64,000 nucleotides of DNA from Chiloscyllium plagiosum. Lineage: Eukaryota. Position numbers and translations under genes: made by a program. How positions within the stretch are numbered: position 1 is the first letter of the stretch; each line of letters starts with the position of its first letter. Positions 1 to 13,619 of this stretch are shown here, one piece after another. The DNA lies in the NCBI RefSeq assembly GCF_004010195.1, contig NC_057752.1, positions 11,704,693 to 11,768,692 of the forward strand, written 5' to 3'. A model generated the notes under the pieces. It ran no database searches and was not told the origin of the DNA. It was given only the letters and a program-made list of their open reading frames with translations.

Positions 1-286
1 AACGGTGATAGGTTGGAGAGGAGGGTGGGGCAGATAGGTGGGAAGGAAGATTGACAGATAGGACAGGTCATGAGGGTAGTGCTGAGCTGGAAGGTTGGAA
101 CTGGGGTAAGCTGGGGGCAGGGGAAATGAGGAAACTGGTGAAGTCCACATTGATACCCTGGGGTTGGAGGGTCCCGAGGCGGAAGATGAGGCGTTCTTCC
201 TCCAGGTGTCGGGTGGTGAGGGAGCGGCGGTGGAAGAGGCCCAGGACCTGCACATCCTCAGTGGAGTGGGAGGGGGAGTTGAAATG
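1..286 (-). mobile_element. Penelope-like element (Neptune-type) 3' fragment
   Basis: Encodes HFNSPSHSTEDVQVLGL...RLGTLQPQGINVDF (GIY-YIG C-terminus). Same family as the segment 48450-48735. Confidence 0.85.
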
Positions 287-2296
287 TTTAAATTGTTTCA
301 CTGGACAAAGGTGGCTAGAATTCTAATATTAACTGGAATTAGATTTTCAGAGAACAAAACCCACACTTTCAAAACAGACGTCTGAAACCGGAAAAAAGAA
401 ACTCCAGGGGGACCATTCATTTCCAGCAGCCATCATGGTTCACAAGGCACATTCAACGGAAACACGAGGGACAGAGGACTCAATGATAGCAGCAATCTGA
501 GACCACCTCGATGCAAGCTGACTCTGCCAACACTTAAAGCAGAAATGTCACTCAAAGTAGCAGGGATGGCGATACCTCCCACTATTAAAACAGAGACTTG
601 GGCAAGTTCAACAGAAGAATGGACCCCAAAAATGTCCTGGAAAACTCCAAAACATTCCTTCACTTATGAGTGAATATCCCTCCGTTTAAGAAAGGACTGC
701 ATTTAGTTTCACTTGTTCTGAGCACGTAGGGAGAAAGGCATTCACTAAAGCTGAGATTTCGCTGAAAATTCACCCAACCTGACAGCATAGCCCTCAGAAA
801 TAAATATTAATCCAGGAGACGTGGAGTATTATAGAGAGGGGGACAGAAAATGAATGGGAAGGTCCACCTCAGGTCGTAGTGAAGAAATTAATTTTACAGC
901 ATAGCGACCAAACTATCGGGGTGCATTCCTTGAGGTGATGAGTACACACCGACAGAATCTGGACCCGTCATAGAAAGCAATGAGGCACCATGCAGTTTGC
1001 ATAATCATATGTTGCATAATAATGAGGACCACATTAAGGCAGGTGCAGTGCTGACTGAATATGGACAAAATGATACAAAGACAGAATAACGCTATTTTCC
1101 ACACAAGATAATAACTAAATGTAGGCACTAAGGTAACGTGCATGCCAGAAAGAGCCAGTGAATAGAAGAATGCCACAATTATAGGGAAGGCGTTGGCAAA
1201 ACAAAATTGCCTTAATGTGCAAGGTAAGGGACAGAACGTAAGCTCCATGGGTTGGCAAAATGAGGGAAAGATGTCAGAGGCTAAAAAATGTACTCCGAGT
1301 TCTGAAAGTGGACCTGGAAGTGAGCATAATCCTTGGAAAAGATCACAAACTTACAGAAGGAATTCTTATCATTGGAAGGGGAGATCTTGAAATAATCCAG
1401 AACGAGATGGAAAGATCAGTAGAGGTCATCATTGGACAAGAACAAGGACAATGAAGTGGGTTGGGAATATCACGGGAAGTGGAAGCTCTGGTTGTTGTCC
1501 CGTTCCTGCCTCAGTTGAAGCAAAATGCTCAGAGAAGCAGTAGTTTTACCTCCTTCATCTTTATTCCGGGCTCTGGAGGGGGGGGGAGAGAGAACAATCG
1601 CCCATGTGTACATAGACATGAGTTCACTGTCTTCTCTGGAATAGCAGATTCTTAATGAATTATATAGTCACTTACAGCGAGGAGCATCCAGATAAAGCAA
1701 CATACATATTGATTGGGTGACTTACCCAATTTTAACCATGTTAACTGGCTTCACATAATGGATACTTTTTCCCTTGTTAAATGACCTTATATAATGAATG
1801 TTTCCAATATTGTTAAATGGCTCTACATAATGAATGCTTTTCCACCTTGTTAACCCATTACCCTTGCCTCCAGCACCCTATTGTTAACTGCATGTTCTTA
1901 TCTGATCTGAGTCATACTCAGCTGAACCTCTTGTTTCATAAAACTCAAAACCTAACTCTTTCCCTACCTGCTCATACCTTATACACTTTCTCATTATGAT
2001 CGAGATGTTTTAATGGCTGTAAACAAATTAGAAGTTGATAAAGGATGACAAAAAGAGTTGGAGAGCTGGGGTGAAAAAATATTGATGTCTACACTAAGAA
2101 ACTTGTCAGACAGATGGATCTGCATAGGAAACGTGCTTCCTGATAGAACATATAAGGCTAAAGCCAGACTTGTGGTTTGGAGTTTTGGAGAAAAAGTTGC
2201 TCATCAAGATGTTACAGTATCTTCCCCTATTGCAGGAAGAGTGAAGTTGAAGATCTCTTTAGCTCTTATAGCGACATAATCCTGGGATCATAAGTC

Positions 2297-2665
2297 AATT
2301 CCACTCCCTCCACCACTGATGGTCAGTAGCAGTAGTATCTACAGGATGCACTGCAGAAATTCACCAAAGATTTTTAGACAGCACTTTCCAAGCCCACAAT
2401 CACTACCATCTGGAAAGACGAAGCTATTAAATACATGGGGATATCACCCACAGGTTCCCCTCAAAGCCATTCACTGCCCTGTCTTGGAAATATGTTGTCG
2501 TTTCTTCAGTGTCACTGGGTCAAAATCCTGGAATTTCCTCCCTAATAGTATTGTGAGTCTACTGACACCACATGGACTGCAGCAGTTCAAGAATGGAGCT
2601 CACCATCACCTTCTCAAGGGCAACTTGGGACAAGCAATAGTGATGCCCACGTCCCATGAGTGAAC
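2297..2665 (+). mobile_element. Non-LTR retrotransposon 3' fragment (CR1/L2 group)
   Basis: Encodes IYRMHCRNSPKIFRQH. Same family and tail as 8722-9390 (-). Confidence 0.7.
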
Positions 2666-3873
2666 AAAAAAAATATAAAAGTTGCAATTTTACAGGGTGA
2701 AAACTGTGAAAAGCAAGTATTTTTGAAACCACCAAAAGAAGCAGGTGGTGTAGAAGGGAAGCTGTGGAGATTTATGGGTGCAATGACAGAATGGTAATTC
2801 TCGGTTAGGTCCATCTTGCTGAAAGTAGGTTGACTTCAGCTTAAAGCAGACCAGCAATGTTCTACTGGTATCACAGAAGGAAATGGCCAGGCATTTTAAG
2901 ATGCACATGGGGAGTTTCTATGGAATTTCAGTGATGTGTGGTATTTAAAATAAAAAGGGAATTTACAGTTGGAAGTCAAGCTTTGTGGACTTTTAAATAT
3001 ATAAAATTAGACATCAAGCAGAATAAGTCAGGAGTGACTTTAGATCAGCAGTCTTAATTGGAAAGTGTAAATTGCATCCTGATGCATTGGGTCAGGTCCC
3101 CACAAAAAGGTGATTTTGCATCCAAGGAAGGGACAGACAAGAAATTTGATTGGACAGTTAAACTGGATTGCACTCAAACTCAACCCAGTGCCAGTTATGA
3201 TGTATTGGAACTGAGTGCTGTGATGAAATGTGCTACTGTTGAGGAAGTCTTGAGGGGAGGGTGAATAAAACATTAAAGAAATTCAGTTCAGAAAAATGCA
3301 GACTCCAGTCTTTAGCATTGGCTGACCCAGAAAATGAGGCTCATCCTTTTTATTGGTCCTTCCTTGTTCTCAGCAAAGGGGGTTGCTGAGAAAAGAATGA
3401 GAATTGACCTTGCTAGTAAGAAGTAAATCTGAGAAAGAAAGATGTCCAAAATAAAGTGGATAGAGACAAATCACCAGCTGTCAGACTGATCCAAAAGAAA
3501 AGGTGCTTTCGCCAGTAATTTCATGGAGAACCTTGAAGGGTGGGGGGGGGGGGGGGCAACTATTATTAGCAGTATGAAAAGGAAGAAAGAAAAAGCAACT
3601 TTTGTTGGGGTTACTTTGTGATTAAACACGTCCTAATTTTTTTGTTCCAAACAAAAAAGCGCAAATACGCAAGGTTGATGGTATTATAATAAATATTTTA
3701 AAAGTTGATTGGTTGGATTATAAGACACAATAGAGAATATGCTAGCAATTCATTTTGTTTACTTTTGATTAGTTTTGTTCAATGATTGTTTATCAGTCTT
3801 CAGAAGTTTTATTTTAAGAAAGGGCAGTCTGTTAATTTAGCAATTTAAGTGGGTGATTGGGATTGATTGATTA

Positions 3874-4103
3874 ATTGTTGAGAGTGTGGTGCTGGAAAAG
3901 CACAGCAGGTCAGGTAGCATTCGAACAGCAGGAGAATTGACATTTCGGGCAAAAGCCTTTCATCAGCCCTTCTCATTCCTGATGAAGGGCTTTTGCCCGA
4001 AACATGGATTCTCCTCCTCCTCGGATGCTGCCTGACCTGCCATGCTTTTCCAGCACCACACCCCCGACTCTAGTCTCCAGCGTTTGCAGTCCTCACTTTG
4101 GCC
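3874..4103 (+). mobile_element. Short inverted-repeat PLE-derived element, family A, with degenerate hammerheads on both strands
   Basis: Arms are copies of the Neptune 3' end. CTGATGAAGGGCTTTTGCCCGAAA at 3979-4002, but the cleavage triplet is mutated. Flanking repeat TTGATTGATTA at 3863-3873 and 4104-4114. Confidence 0.8.
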
Positions 4104-4297
4104 TTGATTGATTAGTTAGATAAGGGGGCAACAGTTGGGACAGTTGCATGAAGGAACTGTAAGACTGAGTCATTAATAAACTTTGGTTTCTGTCTTACCA
4201 ACCGGCTTCACATAGTAACTTACTTCGTTGAAACTGTAATTTTTAGTTAATTGCTCAACATAAACTTAGACACGAGGGAGAAATTAAGATTCCTATG

Positions 4298-4512
4298 CAG
4301 GTCAGTCTGCTATAACAGGTGTTTCGTTAACACGAATTTGCTGTAACGCAATTGATGAATTGGGGACACTGTTTCTAAAGTTTGAACTTTTAAAAATGTG
4401 TGTTGGCTGTAACACGATTATATTGCCAACGCTTAAAGCGCTGTTTCTAAAGCACGATTTTTCTATAATGCGGGGCTGCACAAGAACCATCGCATTATAA
4501 AAGAATTGCCTG
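4298..4512. mobile_element. Tc1/mariner (Tigger-like) MITE
   Basis: CAGG...CCTG ends with an imperfect TIR (CAGGTCAGTCTGCTATAAC / ATTATAAAAGAATTGCCTG). TA on the right side only. Confidence 0.55.
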
Positions 4513-5574
4513 TACTCACCCAACTTCCCCAACTCACCAACTCTTGTGCATTCACAGTATAGACAAGCAGTACTGAGAAACACCTGTATGTGAGAGGGGC
4601 GAAACAAAGGAAATTGATTCTTTGGTGAGAGTTGAACATTTATTCTAGGGTCCCAGGTAAGAGTGAACCAGCTTGGTTGCAGAAGTGCATTTGTCCTCAA
4701 TATGTCCTTGCAGATGGGACTTCAAGATTAAATTGAGGTTGTTGCTCTGAGTTTTGAGGAGTGACTGGTATAGATGTTAGAGTGGACTCTCCCACAGCAA
4801 GAAAAGCAATCCTTTTTAGCTCTTCTGTCCATGTATTCGTGGAAATGTGGATGAATTCACATAAAAGCTATGCTTTGCAGAGTGATATGTTCTAGAGAGG
4901 TGTTTTAACAATCGGTCAAAGAAGCAGCAGGTACAGAAGCTAAACTAGATTTTTAATTCATTCATGGGAGGCGGACATCACTGGCTAGACCAGCATTTAT
5001 TGTCTATCCCTTATTGCCCAGAAGACAACTGAGAGTCAAGCATATTGCTGTGGGTCTGGAGATGGAATCTAAACAAATGCACAAACCTTCTGGCATATTC
5101 ATGTTGTATGTTGATTACCACGTCTGGTGTTGGCATTGTGGAATTTGTAAAATGTGTTATTTATAAAATTAGAACCGAATATAAAATTGTAGGTCAGGCA
5201 GTGAGGCTTTCAAATATCAACCAGAATAGGTCACAAATAACTTGAGATCAATAGTGCTGTTTAGAGTGTTGCTTTTATCCCAGTTAATCATCTAAAGTTA
5301 AGACAGAAAGCTGTTATATCTAAAGAAGCGACAGAGTAGGTGTAAAGATTGATTGTAAGCTGAGCTAGTTATGTACTTCTCTTGTCTTGTTTATGTTGGA
5401 GTTAAATACTTAATAAAACTCCCTGAAGTCAAGAACATTTTAAGGGCAAATAAGTTATGGAAACTAAACCTGGTGAGCATGTACTTGCTGGGAGGGAAAG
5501 GAAATCTCTAAAATTAATTGGATAGATGCAAGTCATCAACTGTTTTTGTATGTGTATTTCTTTCTGTAAAGCAC

Positions 5575-8137
5575 TGTTCAGGATCTTAGAGGGCAGATGT
5601 CTTACAATGTAGTGGCTAAGTGGGGTGCACTTTGGGGCCAGTGATCATAATTCTATTAGTTTTAAAATAGTTACAAATAAGGATAGACATGTTCTAAAAG
5701 TTCAAGTTCGAAATTGGAATAAGGGCAATTTTGATGATACAGATAAACAATCCTTTATTTGAAAAACTCCAAAATCCAAAGCTTTTTCGTGAAGTTTTAT
5801 TTCTCCATAACAACGTTGTTTGGCATACAAACAGTTAACCCAGCTCGCACCCACTCAGATGTGACATGGGCGCGTGGCCCTGCACTGGCAGGTGTCAAGT
5901 CTGTCTCCGGGCTCGTAAGTACTCACAGGTGTGTCTGCTGTTTGGTCAGATTTTTTAACTTCACTGTTAAATTGTCACTTATTCCGAAATCCGAAGAATT
6001 ACGAAAACTAGCTGGTCCCAAGGGTTTCAGATAAAGGATTGTGTACCTGTATGAGGCAAGAACTTTCAAAACTTGATTGGGAGAGGCTATTCACATATAA
6101 AGTGAGGGCTGGAAAGTGGGAGGCCTTCAAAAATGAGATAACGAGAGTCCAGAAGCAGTATGTTCCTATTAGTGTAAAGGGCAAGGCTGGTAGGTGTAGG
6201 GAATGCTGGATGACGAGAGAAATTGAAACTCTGGTCAAGATAAAGGAGGAGGCATAAAGCAGGTATAGGAAGCTGGGACCGAGTAAATCCCCCAAGGAAT
6301 ATAAGGACAGTAGGAATATACTCAAGGAAAATCAGGAGGGCAAAAAGGGGACAGGAAATAGCTTTGGCAAATGGAATCCAAAGAAATTCTACAAATACAT
6401 TCCGGGCAAAACAGTAACTCGGGAGAGAATAGGGCCGCTTAAAGATCAATAACTATCTTTGTATGGAACTGCAGGAAATTGGTGAAACATTAACTGAGTA
6501 TTTCAAGTCACTATTTACTATGGATAAGGATATGGAAGCTAGAGAGGTTTGAGAAATAAATAGTGATATCTTTAAAAGTGTTCATATTACAGTGGACGTG
6601 GTGCTGTACATCTTAAAACACAAAGGTGGATAAATACCTAGGACTTTATCAGGTGTATCCCAGAACTTTGTGGGTAGCTAGGGAATTGATTGCTGGGCCA
6701 CTAGCAGATATATTTGTATCATCAACAGCCACGGGTGGCTAATATTCTTAGTATATTGCTATTAATTAAGAAAGGTGGTAAGGAAAAGCCAAGGAACCGT
6801 AGACTGGTGAGCTTGACATCAGTGGTGGATAAGCTGTTGGAGGGAATTCTGAGGGATAGGATTTCCATGTAATTGGAAAGGCAAGAACTGATTAGGGATA
6901 GTCAACATGGCTTTGTATGTGGGAATTTGTATATCACTAACTTGATTGAGTTTTTGGAAGAAGTGACAGAGGATTGATGAAGGCAGAGCAGTGGAATTGT
7001 CTATGTGGACTTCAGCAAGGTATTTGACAAAGTTCCGCATGATAGACTGGTTAGCAAGGTTAGATCACATGGAATCCAGGGAGTGAGAGGCACTTGAATA
7101 CAAGAGTATACCTGGCTTGAAGGTAGGAGACAGAGGGTGATGTTGGAGAGTTAGTTTTTGAACTGGAGACCTGTGACCTGCAAGGATCACTACTGGGTCC
7201 ACTGCTTTTTGTCATTTATATAAATGATTTGGATTTCAAAAAGGAGGAATGGTTAATAAGTTTGAAGATGACAGCAAAATTGGTAGTGTAGTGGACAGCA
7301 CAAAAGGTTTTCTCAGAGTACAGTGGGACCTTGATCAGATGGGCCGAGGTGTGGCAGATGGGGTTTAATTTAGATAAATGTGAGGTGTTGTATTTTGGAA
7401 AGGCAAATCAGAGCAGGGCTTATACACTTAATGGAAGGGTCCTGAACAGTGTTGCTGAACAAAGATACATTGGGGTGTAGATTCATAGTTCCTTGAATCC
7501 CAGGTAGGCAGGGTAGTGAAGAAGGCTTTTGGTACACTTGCTTTTATTGGTCAGTGCATTGAGTATACAAGTTGAGATGCCATGTTATGGCTTTACAGCT
7601 TTTGGTTAGGCCACTTTAAGAATACTGCATTCAATTCTGGCCTCTGTTCTATAGGAAAAATGTTGTGAAACTTGAAAGGATGCAGAAAGGATTTACAAGG
7701 ACATTGCCAGGGATGGAGCCTTTGAGCTATAGGCAGAGGCTGTTTTCCCTGCAGTGTTGGAGGCTGAGGGGTGACCCTATAGAGGTTTATAAAATCATGA
7801 GCATGGATAGGGTGAATAGCCAGAGTCTTTTTCTCAGGGTAGGAGGGTCCAAAACTAGAGGGCATAGGTTTAAGGTGAGAGGGGAAAGATTTAAAAAGGA
7901 CCCGAGGAGCAACGTGTTCGCGCAGAGGGTGGTGCATGTATGGAACGAGTTGCCAGAGTAAGAAGCGGAGGCTGATACAATTACAACATTTAAAAAGCAT
8001 CTGGATGGGTATATGAATAGAGAGGGTTCAGAGGGATATAGGCCAAATGCTGGCAAATGGGACGAGATTTGTTTAGGATATCTGGTCGGCATGGATGAGT
8101 TGGACTGAAGGGGCTGTTTCTGTGCTGTGCATCTCCA
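5575..8137 (+). mobile_element. CR1 LINE, 5'-truncated, degenerate ORF2
   Basis: Broken RT frames (KLERMQKGFTR..., RLRGDPIEVYKIM, TRGHRFKVRG) and a CR1 3' UTR. Confidence 0.92.
5740..6049. mobile_element. Tigger/pogo-like MITE nested in CR1
   Basis: TA duplication at 5738-5739 and 6050-6051. TIR CAGATAAACAATCCTTTAT / ATAAAGGATTGTGTACCTG. Removal restores the CR1 reading frame (FDD-MRQELSKLDW). Confidence 0.85.
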
Positions 8138-8721
8138 TTATTCTATATGGAGGATTGGGGATCTGTTAATTATATGTTTATTGTGTTTAATTGTAGGAAG
8201 GTGGAGATTTAGTTGTTGTCCTGTAAATGGGCACAAAGCGAAACTCAGGTTGCTAGGTTTAAAGTTGCATGTTTGTACTGCGTAACTCCCTGAATAAATG
8301 CTTATAACATGGTGTAAAGAACGGCTCCAGTTTTCTCCAGTTGGTTCTCTGGAGTAGAATAAAACAGAATAACAGATATGATTAGATCCACATAAATCAA
8401 ACAATCCAAATAGTTTTTATTTAATTGTACAAAATCATGAATATATTAACCCTTATTTGACTAAAATTAACGATGATCCTGCATTGTGCTTTCACAAGTG
8501 CAAGCATCACCTTACGTGTCTGTTTTAAAGAAAACTCAATTTTTACTTGACCTAGCTGATTTGTATGTTAGAACAATTGAATGAGGAGGCCATTTGACAG
8601 ATTATGTATATCCTTGATCTTTGAAAGAGCTACCCTTTTTGCCAATTGCTTGAAATTTGTGTCCTCTGAATTTCTATCTCTCTACACTATTGAGACTCCT
8701 TGTTATGAAACTGTTTTAACA

Positions 8722-9390
8722 TTCATTCATGGAATTTGAACATTGCTGACTGGGCCAGCATTTATTGCCCTTCTCTAATTGCCCCTTAAAAAGGTCAAGG
8801 TGAGCTGCCTCTTGAACTGCTGCAATCCATGTGCTATAGTTAGCCTACAATACGCTGAGGGAGGGAATTCCAGGATTTTGATTCAGTGACACTGAAGGAG
8901 CAGCAATATATTTCCAAGTCAGGATGGTGAGCGGCTTGGAGAAGATCCTGCAGGTGGTGGTATTCCCACTTATCTGCTGTACTTGTCCTGCTAGTTAATA
9001 GTTGTTGTGGTTCGGACGATACTGTCTAAGGAGCCATGGCGAATTTCTGCAGTGCATCTTGTAGATGGTACACACTGCTGCTACTAAGTGTTGGTGATAG
9101 AGGGTGTGAATGATTGTGAATGTTGTGCCAATCAAGTGGGTTATTTTGTCCTGGATGGTGTCAAGCTTCTTGAGTATTGTTGAAGTTGCACCCATCCAGG
9201 CAAATGGAGAGTATTCCAAGACTCTGACCTGCTTTTGTAGCCACTGTATTTATGTGGCTAATCTAGTTCAGTTTCTGGTCAGTGGTAATCCCGAGGATAC
9301 TGATGGTGGGGGAATTCAGTGATGGTAATGCCTTTGAATGTCAAGGGGTGATGGTCATTTCCTAGCATTTGTATGGCACAAATGTTACTC
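8722..9390 (-). mobile_element. Non-LTR retrotransposon 3' fragment (CR1/L2 group)
   Basis: ORF 8995-9219 MEYSPFAW...LDTIQDK...CTIYKMHC is a LINE ORF2 C-terminus. Tail GGGCAATAAATGCTGGC. Confidence 0.75.
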
Positions 9391-10250
9391 AATTTTCCTG
9401 AGCCTCCTTTCTCTGCCTCACTTATCTTGGGTAGCTAAAGGTTTAGAAGTTATTTAGTGTTGGATACCTTTCCTATTGCCTCATGGGAATGTGTTTGCAC
9501 TTGAACCCTGTCCTCTTTGAAAGCATTTCATTGTTTAAAGCTATGTTATCAATTAATATTTGATTCCATTCCACCTGGCCCAGATCTCTGTTCACTTCAC
9601 CAAAACTTCAGTGTAAGGTTTTTTTTGCTTGACTCTTCTTTATTCTCTTTTCTAACTATTCCAGACTCTAGTGATATTGTGATCACTACTTCTGAAACAC
9701 ACTCCCACTGAAGCATATTCCAATTCTTCCCCAGATCCAGATCCAGCAATGCATCCTTCTTCATTGGGTAGGAAACACATTGAACAAGAAAGGTTCTCCT
9801 GAATGTATTTAATGCATTACTCCCCCGTTTATAATTTGCACTGTTACTATTCTAGACTCTCTCAAGATAATCAAAGTCCCCTATTATAACTACGGTGTAG
9901 ATCTTGCATCTTTTAGTCATTTACTTTCAGTTTGCTCTTCTATCTCCTCCTTATTTGATTAGTTGCAGCATAATACCTCTTTTATCGTTCCATCATTCTG
10001 CCCAAATAGCTTTTCTGTCATCCATCTCCAGAGTTTGAATAATTTATTACAGCAATGCTGACCCTGCACTCTGGTGTCCACTCCACTGCAAAGTTTCCTG
10101 ACATATTTTCCTGGTGTCAAGGCTGTGCATTGGGCAGATGATTCAGTAAAGCAGCCTTGAAATGTGAATAGTTATCAAGCCAATATTTTACATTACACCA
10201 AGTGGATTGTTTCTGAAATGTCTCATGGTGAATTCTCTATTTTCTCACAG

Positions 10251-10370
10251 TACATCCAAGCAGAGCCACCAACAAACAAGTCTCTTTCCAGTCTGGTTGT
10301 CCAGCTGTTGCAGTTCCAGGAGGAGGTGTTTGGAAAACACGTAAGCAATGCACCTCTTACCAAATTGCCA
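10251..10370 (+). CDS. SMARCC2: SMARCC2 coding exon (human exon 2 equivalent), phase 0-0
   Basis: ttctcacag|...|gtaagt. Encodes [40 protein letters not shown], matching the recalled human SMARCC2 sequence rather than SMARCC1 (YVHADAPTNKTLAG). Confidence 0.96.
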
Positions 10371-10894
10371 GTAAGTACCACAATCCATTTCCATCAAATG
10401 TGTGTGTGACCATTAGCACTGGTTTAACTAGGCACTGGAGGAGGCCATTCAGTATTACAGCCTGTTTTGCCATTCACTTGGATAATGATTTGTATCATAA
10501 CTCTATCAGCCCACCTAGGTTCCAAAACTTTTAATCTCTTTATCTATCAAAAATCTATCAGTCTCTGTTTTGAAAGATTCAGTTCAGCACCAGACTCAAA
10601 CAGTTTCTTGGGAGAAAGGTTCAGATTTCTATCCTGCCATTGTAGGAAGAAGTGCTTGCTGAATTCACCCCGAATGGCCTGGCTGTAACTTTAATAATAT
10701 ATCAACTTGTTGTGAAAGCACTCCACCATAGAAAAGAGTTCCTCTTTATCTACTTTATGAAATTCTGTAATCATGCTAATATTTCAATTAGATCACTCCT
10801 TAATTGCCTATATTCAAGAGAACACAAGCCTGTGTGGTTATTTGCTATCAATGGGGGGAATCCATAATCCGAAAAAAGTCCACAAGCACTTTGA

Positions 10895-11790
10895 GAGGAA
10901 AAGACAGATTTGTGTTCAACTAATCTAATTGAATGTTTTGATGTTGTAACAAAGACTGATGAAGAGAATACAGTTTATGGTGTCTGTATGGATTTTAAGT
11001 TGATTTTTTACAAGGTACCACATAGATAGCTGGTGAGCAAAATTGAGGCTTATGATATAGAGGAGTCATTGTCACCTGGAATGGAAGATTGGCTTTAGGA
11101 CAGAAAACATGTCGTGGTAGTGGGTTATTTCTCACACGACAGAATGTGACATCCTGCAGGCATCAGTGCTAGGATCACTGCTTTTTTTTTGCTAGGTATG
11201 AATGACTTGAATTTTGAAATACAAAGTAAAATTTCAAGGTTTGCTGATGATACAAATTCTGGAAGTGGCAAACAGTGAGAATGAAATGAATTCCCAGCAG
11301 CAAGATGTTTATAGGTAAGCAGAATAAACAGCCAAATGGTGGATGGAGTTTAGTGTAAAGACATTTTAAGGTTATGCATTTTGACAGAAGCGATAGGGAG
11401 AGTCAGTTTGTTTAATTGCACAATTTGAAAGAGTATGCAGAGAGACCTGGGAATTCATATGCAGCGATCTTTGCAGGTGGCTGGACATAGAAGTCAGCAA
11501 AACATGTAGGATATTGGGATGCATATACGGAGACATTGAATACAAAAGCAGAAAGTGATGCTGACCCTTTATAAAGCTTTGGTTAGGTCACAGCTCAAGT
11601 ATTGCATCCAGTTCCAGTCACACTTTAGGATGCAAAGAGGATTTATCGGACAGGTTACAGGAATTGGGGCTATTTTAGTTACGAGGTTAGGTTGGAAAGG
11701 CTGGAGTTATTCTTAAAGCAAGAGAGATTGAAGGGAGATTTGATTGATGTGTACAAAATTATGACAGGCTTAAGATCAAACAGACAAGGA
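10895..11790 (+). mobile_element. Old degenerate CR1 RT fragment
   Basis: FADDT-like codons near 11240; RLKGDLIDVYKIM. Confidence 0.8.
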
Positions 11791-12065
11791 AAAAAGCATT
11801 GCACTTGGATGTTTCCAAATCAAGCTCAGCTCAGTAACACTATGTTCAAGGTTTGTGTAAAGATTTGTAGCTCAGGTGCTGTTTGCAGTTATTGTGGGTA
11901 TGTTCACCAAGCTGGGAAGTTGGTTTGCAGATATTTCGTTCCCTTTCTAGGTGACATCCTCAGTGCTGTGGAACCTCGTGTGAAGCGCTGCCGAACTGTC
12001 GATTGGAATTTATATGGTTTCATTCCCGTTTCTTCCAGTTGTTTGTTGCAGTGGTCGGTATATTG

Positions 12066-12175
12066 TGTTAGGATCGAGCCCTCCACTATCACCTGATGAA
12101 GGAGCGTTGCTTCGAAAGCTAGTGTGCTTCCAATTAAACCTGTTGGACTATAACCTGGTGTTGTGTGATTTTTAA
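12066..12175 (+). mobile_element. Family B hammerhead-bearing short element nested in a Poseidon-type PLE
   Basis: 12-bp TSD GTCGGTATATTG at 12054-12065 and 12176-12187. Confidence 0.85.
12090..12124 (+). ncRNA. Minimal type I hammerhead ribozyme motif
   Basis: cac-CTGATGA-A-GGAGC gtt GCTTC-GAAA-GCTA-gtg; palindromic AGCT stem III. Confidence 0.7.
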
Positions 12176-12769
12176 GTCGGTATATTGGGTCTAGGTCTAT
12201 GTGTTTATTGATGGAGCCCATGAATGAGTGCCAAGCTTCTAGGAATTCTCTGGCTGCCTTCTGTTTGACTTGACCTATTATTGTTGTGTTGTCCCAGTCG
12301 AATTTGTGGTCCTTGTCATCTGTGCGCAAAGGTACGAAGGATAGCTGGTCGTGGCATTGATGTCTAGTTGATGTTCATAAATGTGGATCGCTACTTGTCT
12401 GCCTGTTTGTCCTATAGAGTGTTTTGTGCAGTACTTATACTATGTTTCTGTAATGGGCAAAATCCCTAGAATTATACAGCGTATCAGGACCAAATTTAGC
12501 ACCATGATTCTGTGACGATCTATCCAGGCCTTGAATGCATCTCCATTCAAGTTGAATTGATGAAAGGTAGTCTCACACCGAGAGCACAGATTTCAATGTA
12601 ATGCATTTTGTCCACTGTTGTATGAGAGCCACTTTGATGAAGGAAAGAACCACTAAATGAACATCCGTACTCTCCACTGTCCTCTCCAAATTTTTCTTGT
12701 TGAAATATTTCTCAACTCCAGTTTATTAAGTTAACATAGATCCTGCTTCCAATGCTATTTCTGGCGTAA

Positions 12770-13255
12770 GCAGCAAGGAGGAGCATGGAAGTAGATATGT
12801 GAGATATTGCAGCATGTGGCAAATGAGTAGGAAAGTGGGATTAAACTGGATTGGATAGTGAAGGCTGCATTCAGTGAGAAGGAGAATGGGACTGGACTGA
12901 GTGGGATATTCAAGGGTGCAGGCAGGGAGAGGGAGAGTAGGATTAGACTGATGGGGATATTAAAGGTTGTGAGACGTGAGGGGGAGTCTGGGAATAGTGT
13001 TGGGAGAATATTAAAAGATGCAGGGAATGAGGGACGAGTGGGATTGTGCTAGGTGGGATCATAGAGAGTGTGAGGAGTAAATCGTAGAGCAGGATTTGAC
13101 AGGCTGCGATGTTAGTGTGCTTCATGAGAAAGAGAGTGGGATCAGACTGGTTGAGATATGAAAGAACGTAAGGAGAGTGGCATATGAAAGCATATTGGTC
13201 GTTAAGGAGAATGGGATTTGGCTGGTTGGGATGATGTAGGATTGTAAAAGTGAGT
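12770..13255. repeat. Degenerate purine-rich minisatellite
   Basis: Recurring GAGAGTGGGATTAGACTG...GATATT-like unit of roughly 40-45 nt. Confidence 0.6.
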
Positions 13256-13619
13256 GTAAAAAGAGTAGGCAGCTCTACTTTGTCAACCTCCTATCCTGCA
13301 ATCCTGGTCAGGAGATATTAAAGAGAATTGGAAGTTACTCTTTGCAGAATCTGTTAAGGAAAGCAATGGATTTAATTGAACGTGTAACTCAGTTCATTTA
13401 AAGCACCTGTTGAAGAGGGTCTTGTAGAACAATGGTAGTATTTCTGCCTCTGGGCCAGAAGCTCCCGGTTCAAGACCCAGCTGCCCTGGAGGTGTGCATA
13501 ACATGTTCAGACAGCTTGATTAACAATAATTTTTTAAGGCACCTGTTGATAGGCGATTTGGAGACTCTCCACTATCTTCTCATATCCATTGCCTACCAGA
13601 TAGACTCATTGACGTTTAC

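Larger units (their letters stand above)
11855..12440 (-). mobile_element. Penelope-like element (Poseidon-type) 3' fragment
   Basis: Encodes HKFDWDNTTIIGQ...REFLEAWHS...INKHIDL. Degenerate hammerhead at 11927-11966 (-). Confidence 0.85.

Noticed and set aside
290..2000. Possible LTR or other TE sequence
   Set aside because: Looks repeat-like, but no termini, TSD or protein motif could be confirmed.
3542..3556. Poly-G run as a G-quadruplex element
   Set aside because: Isolated homopolymer with no supporting context.
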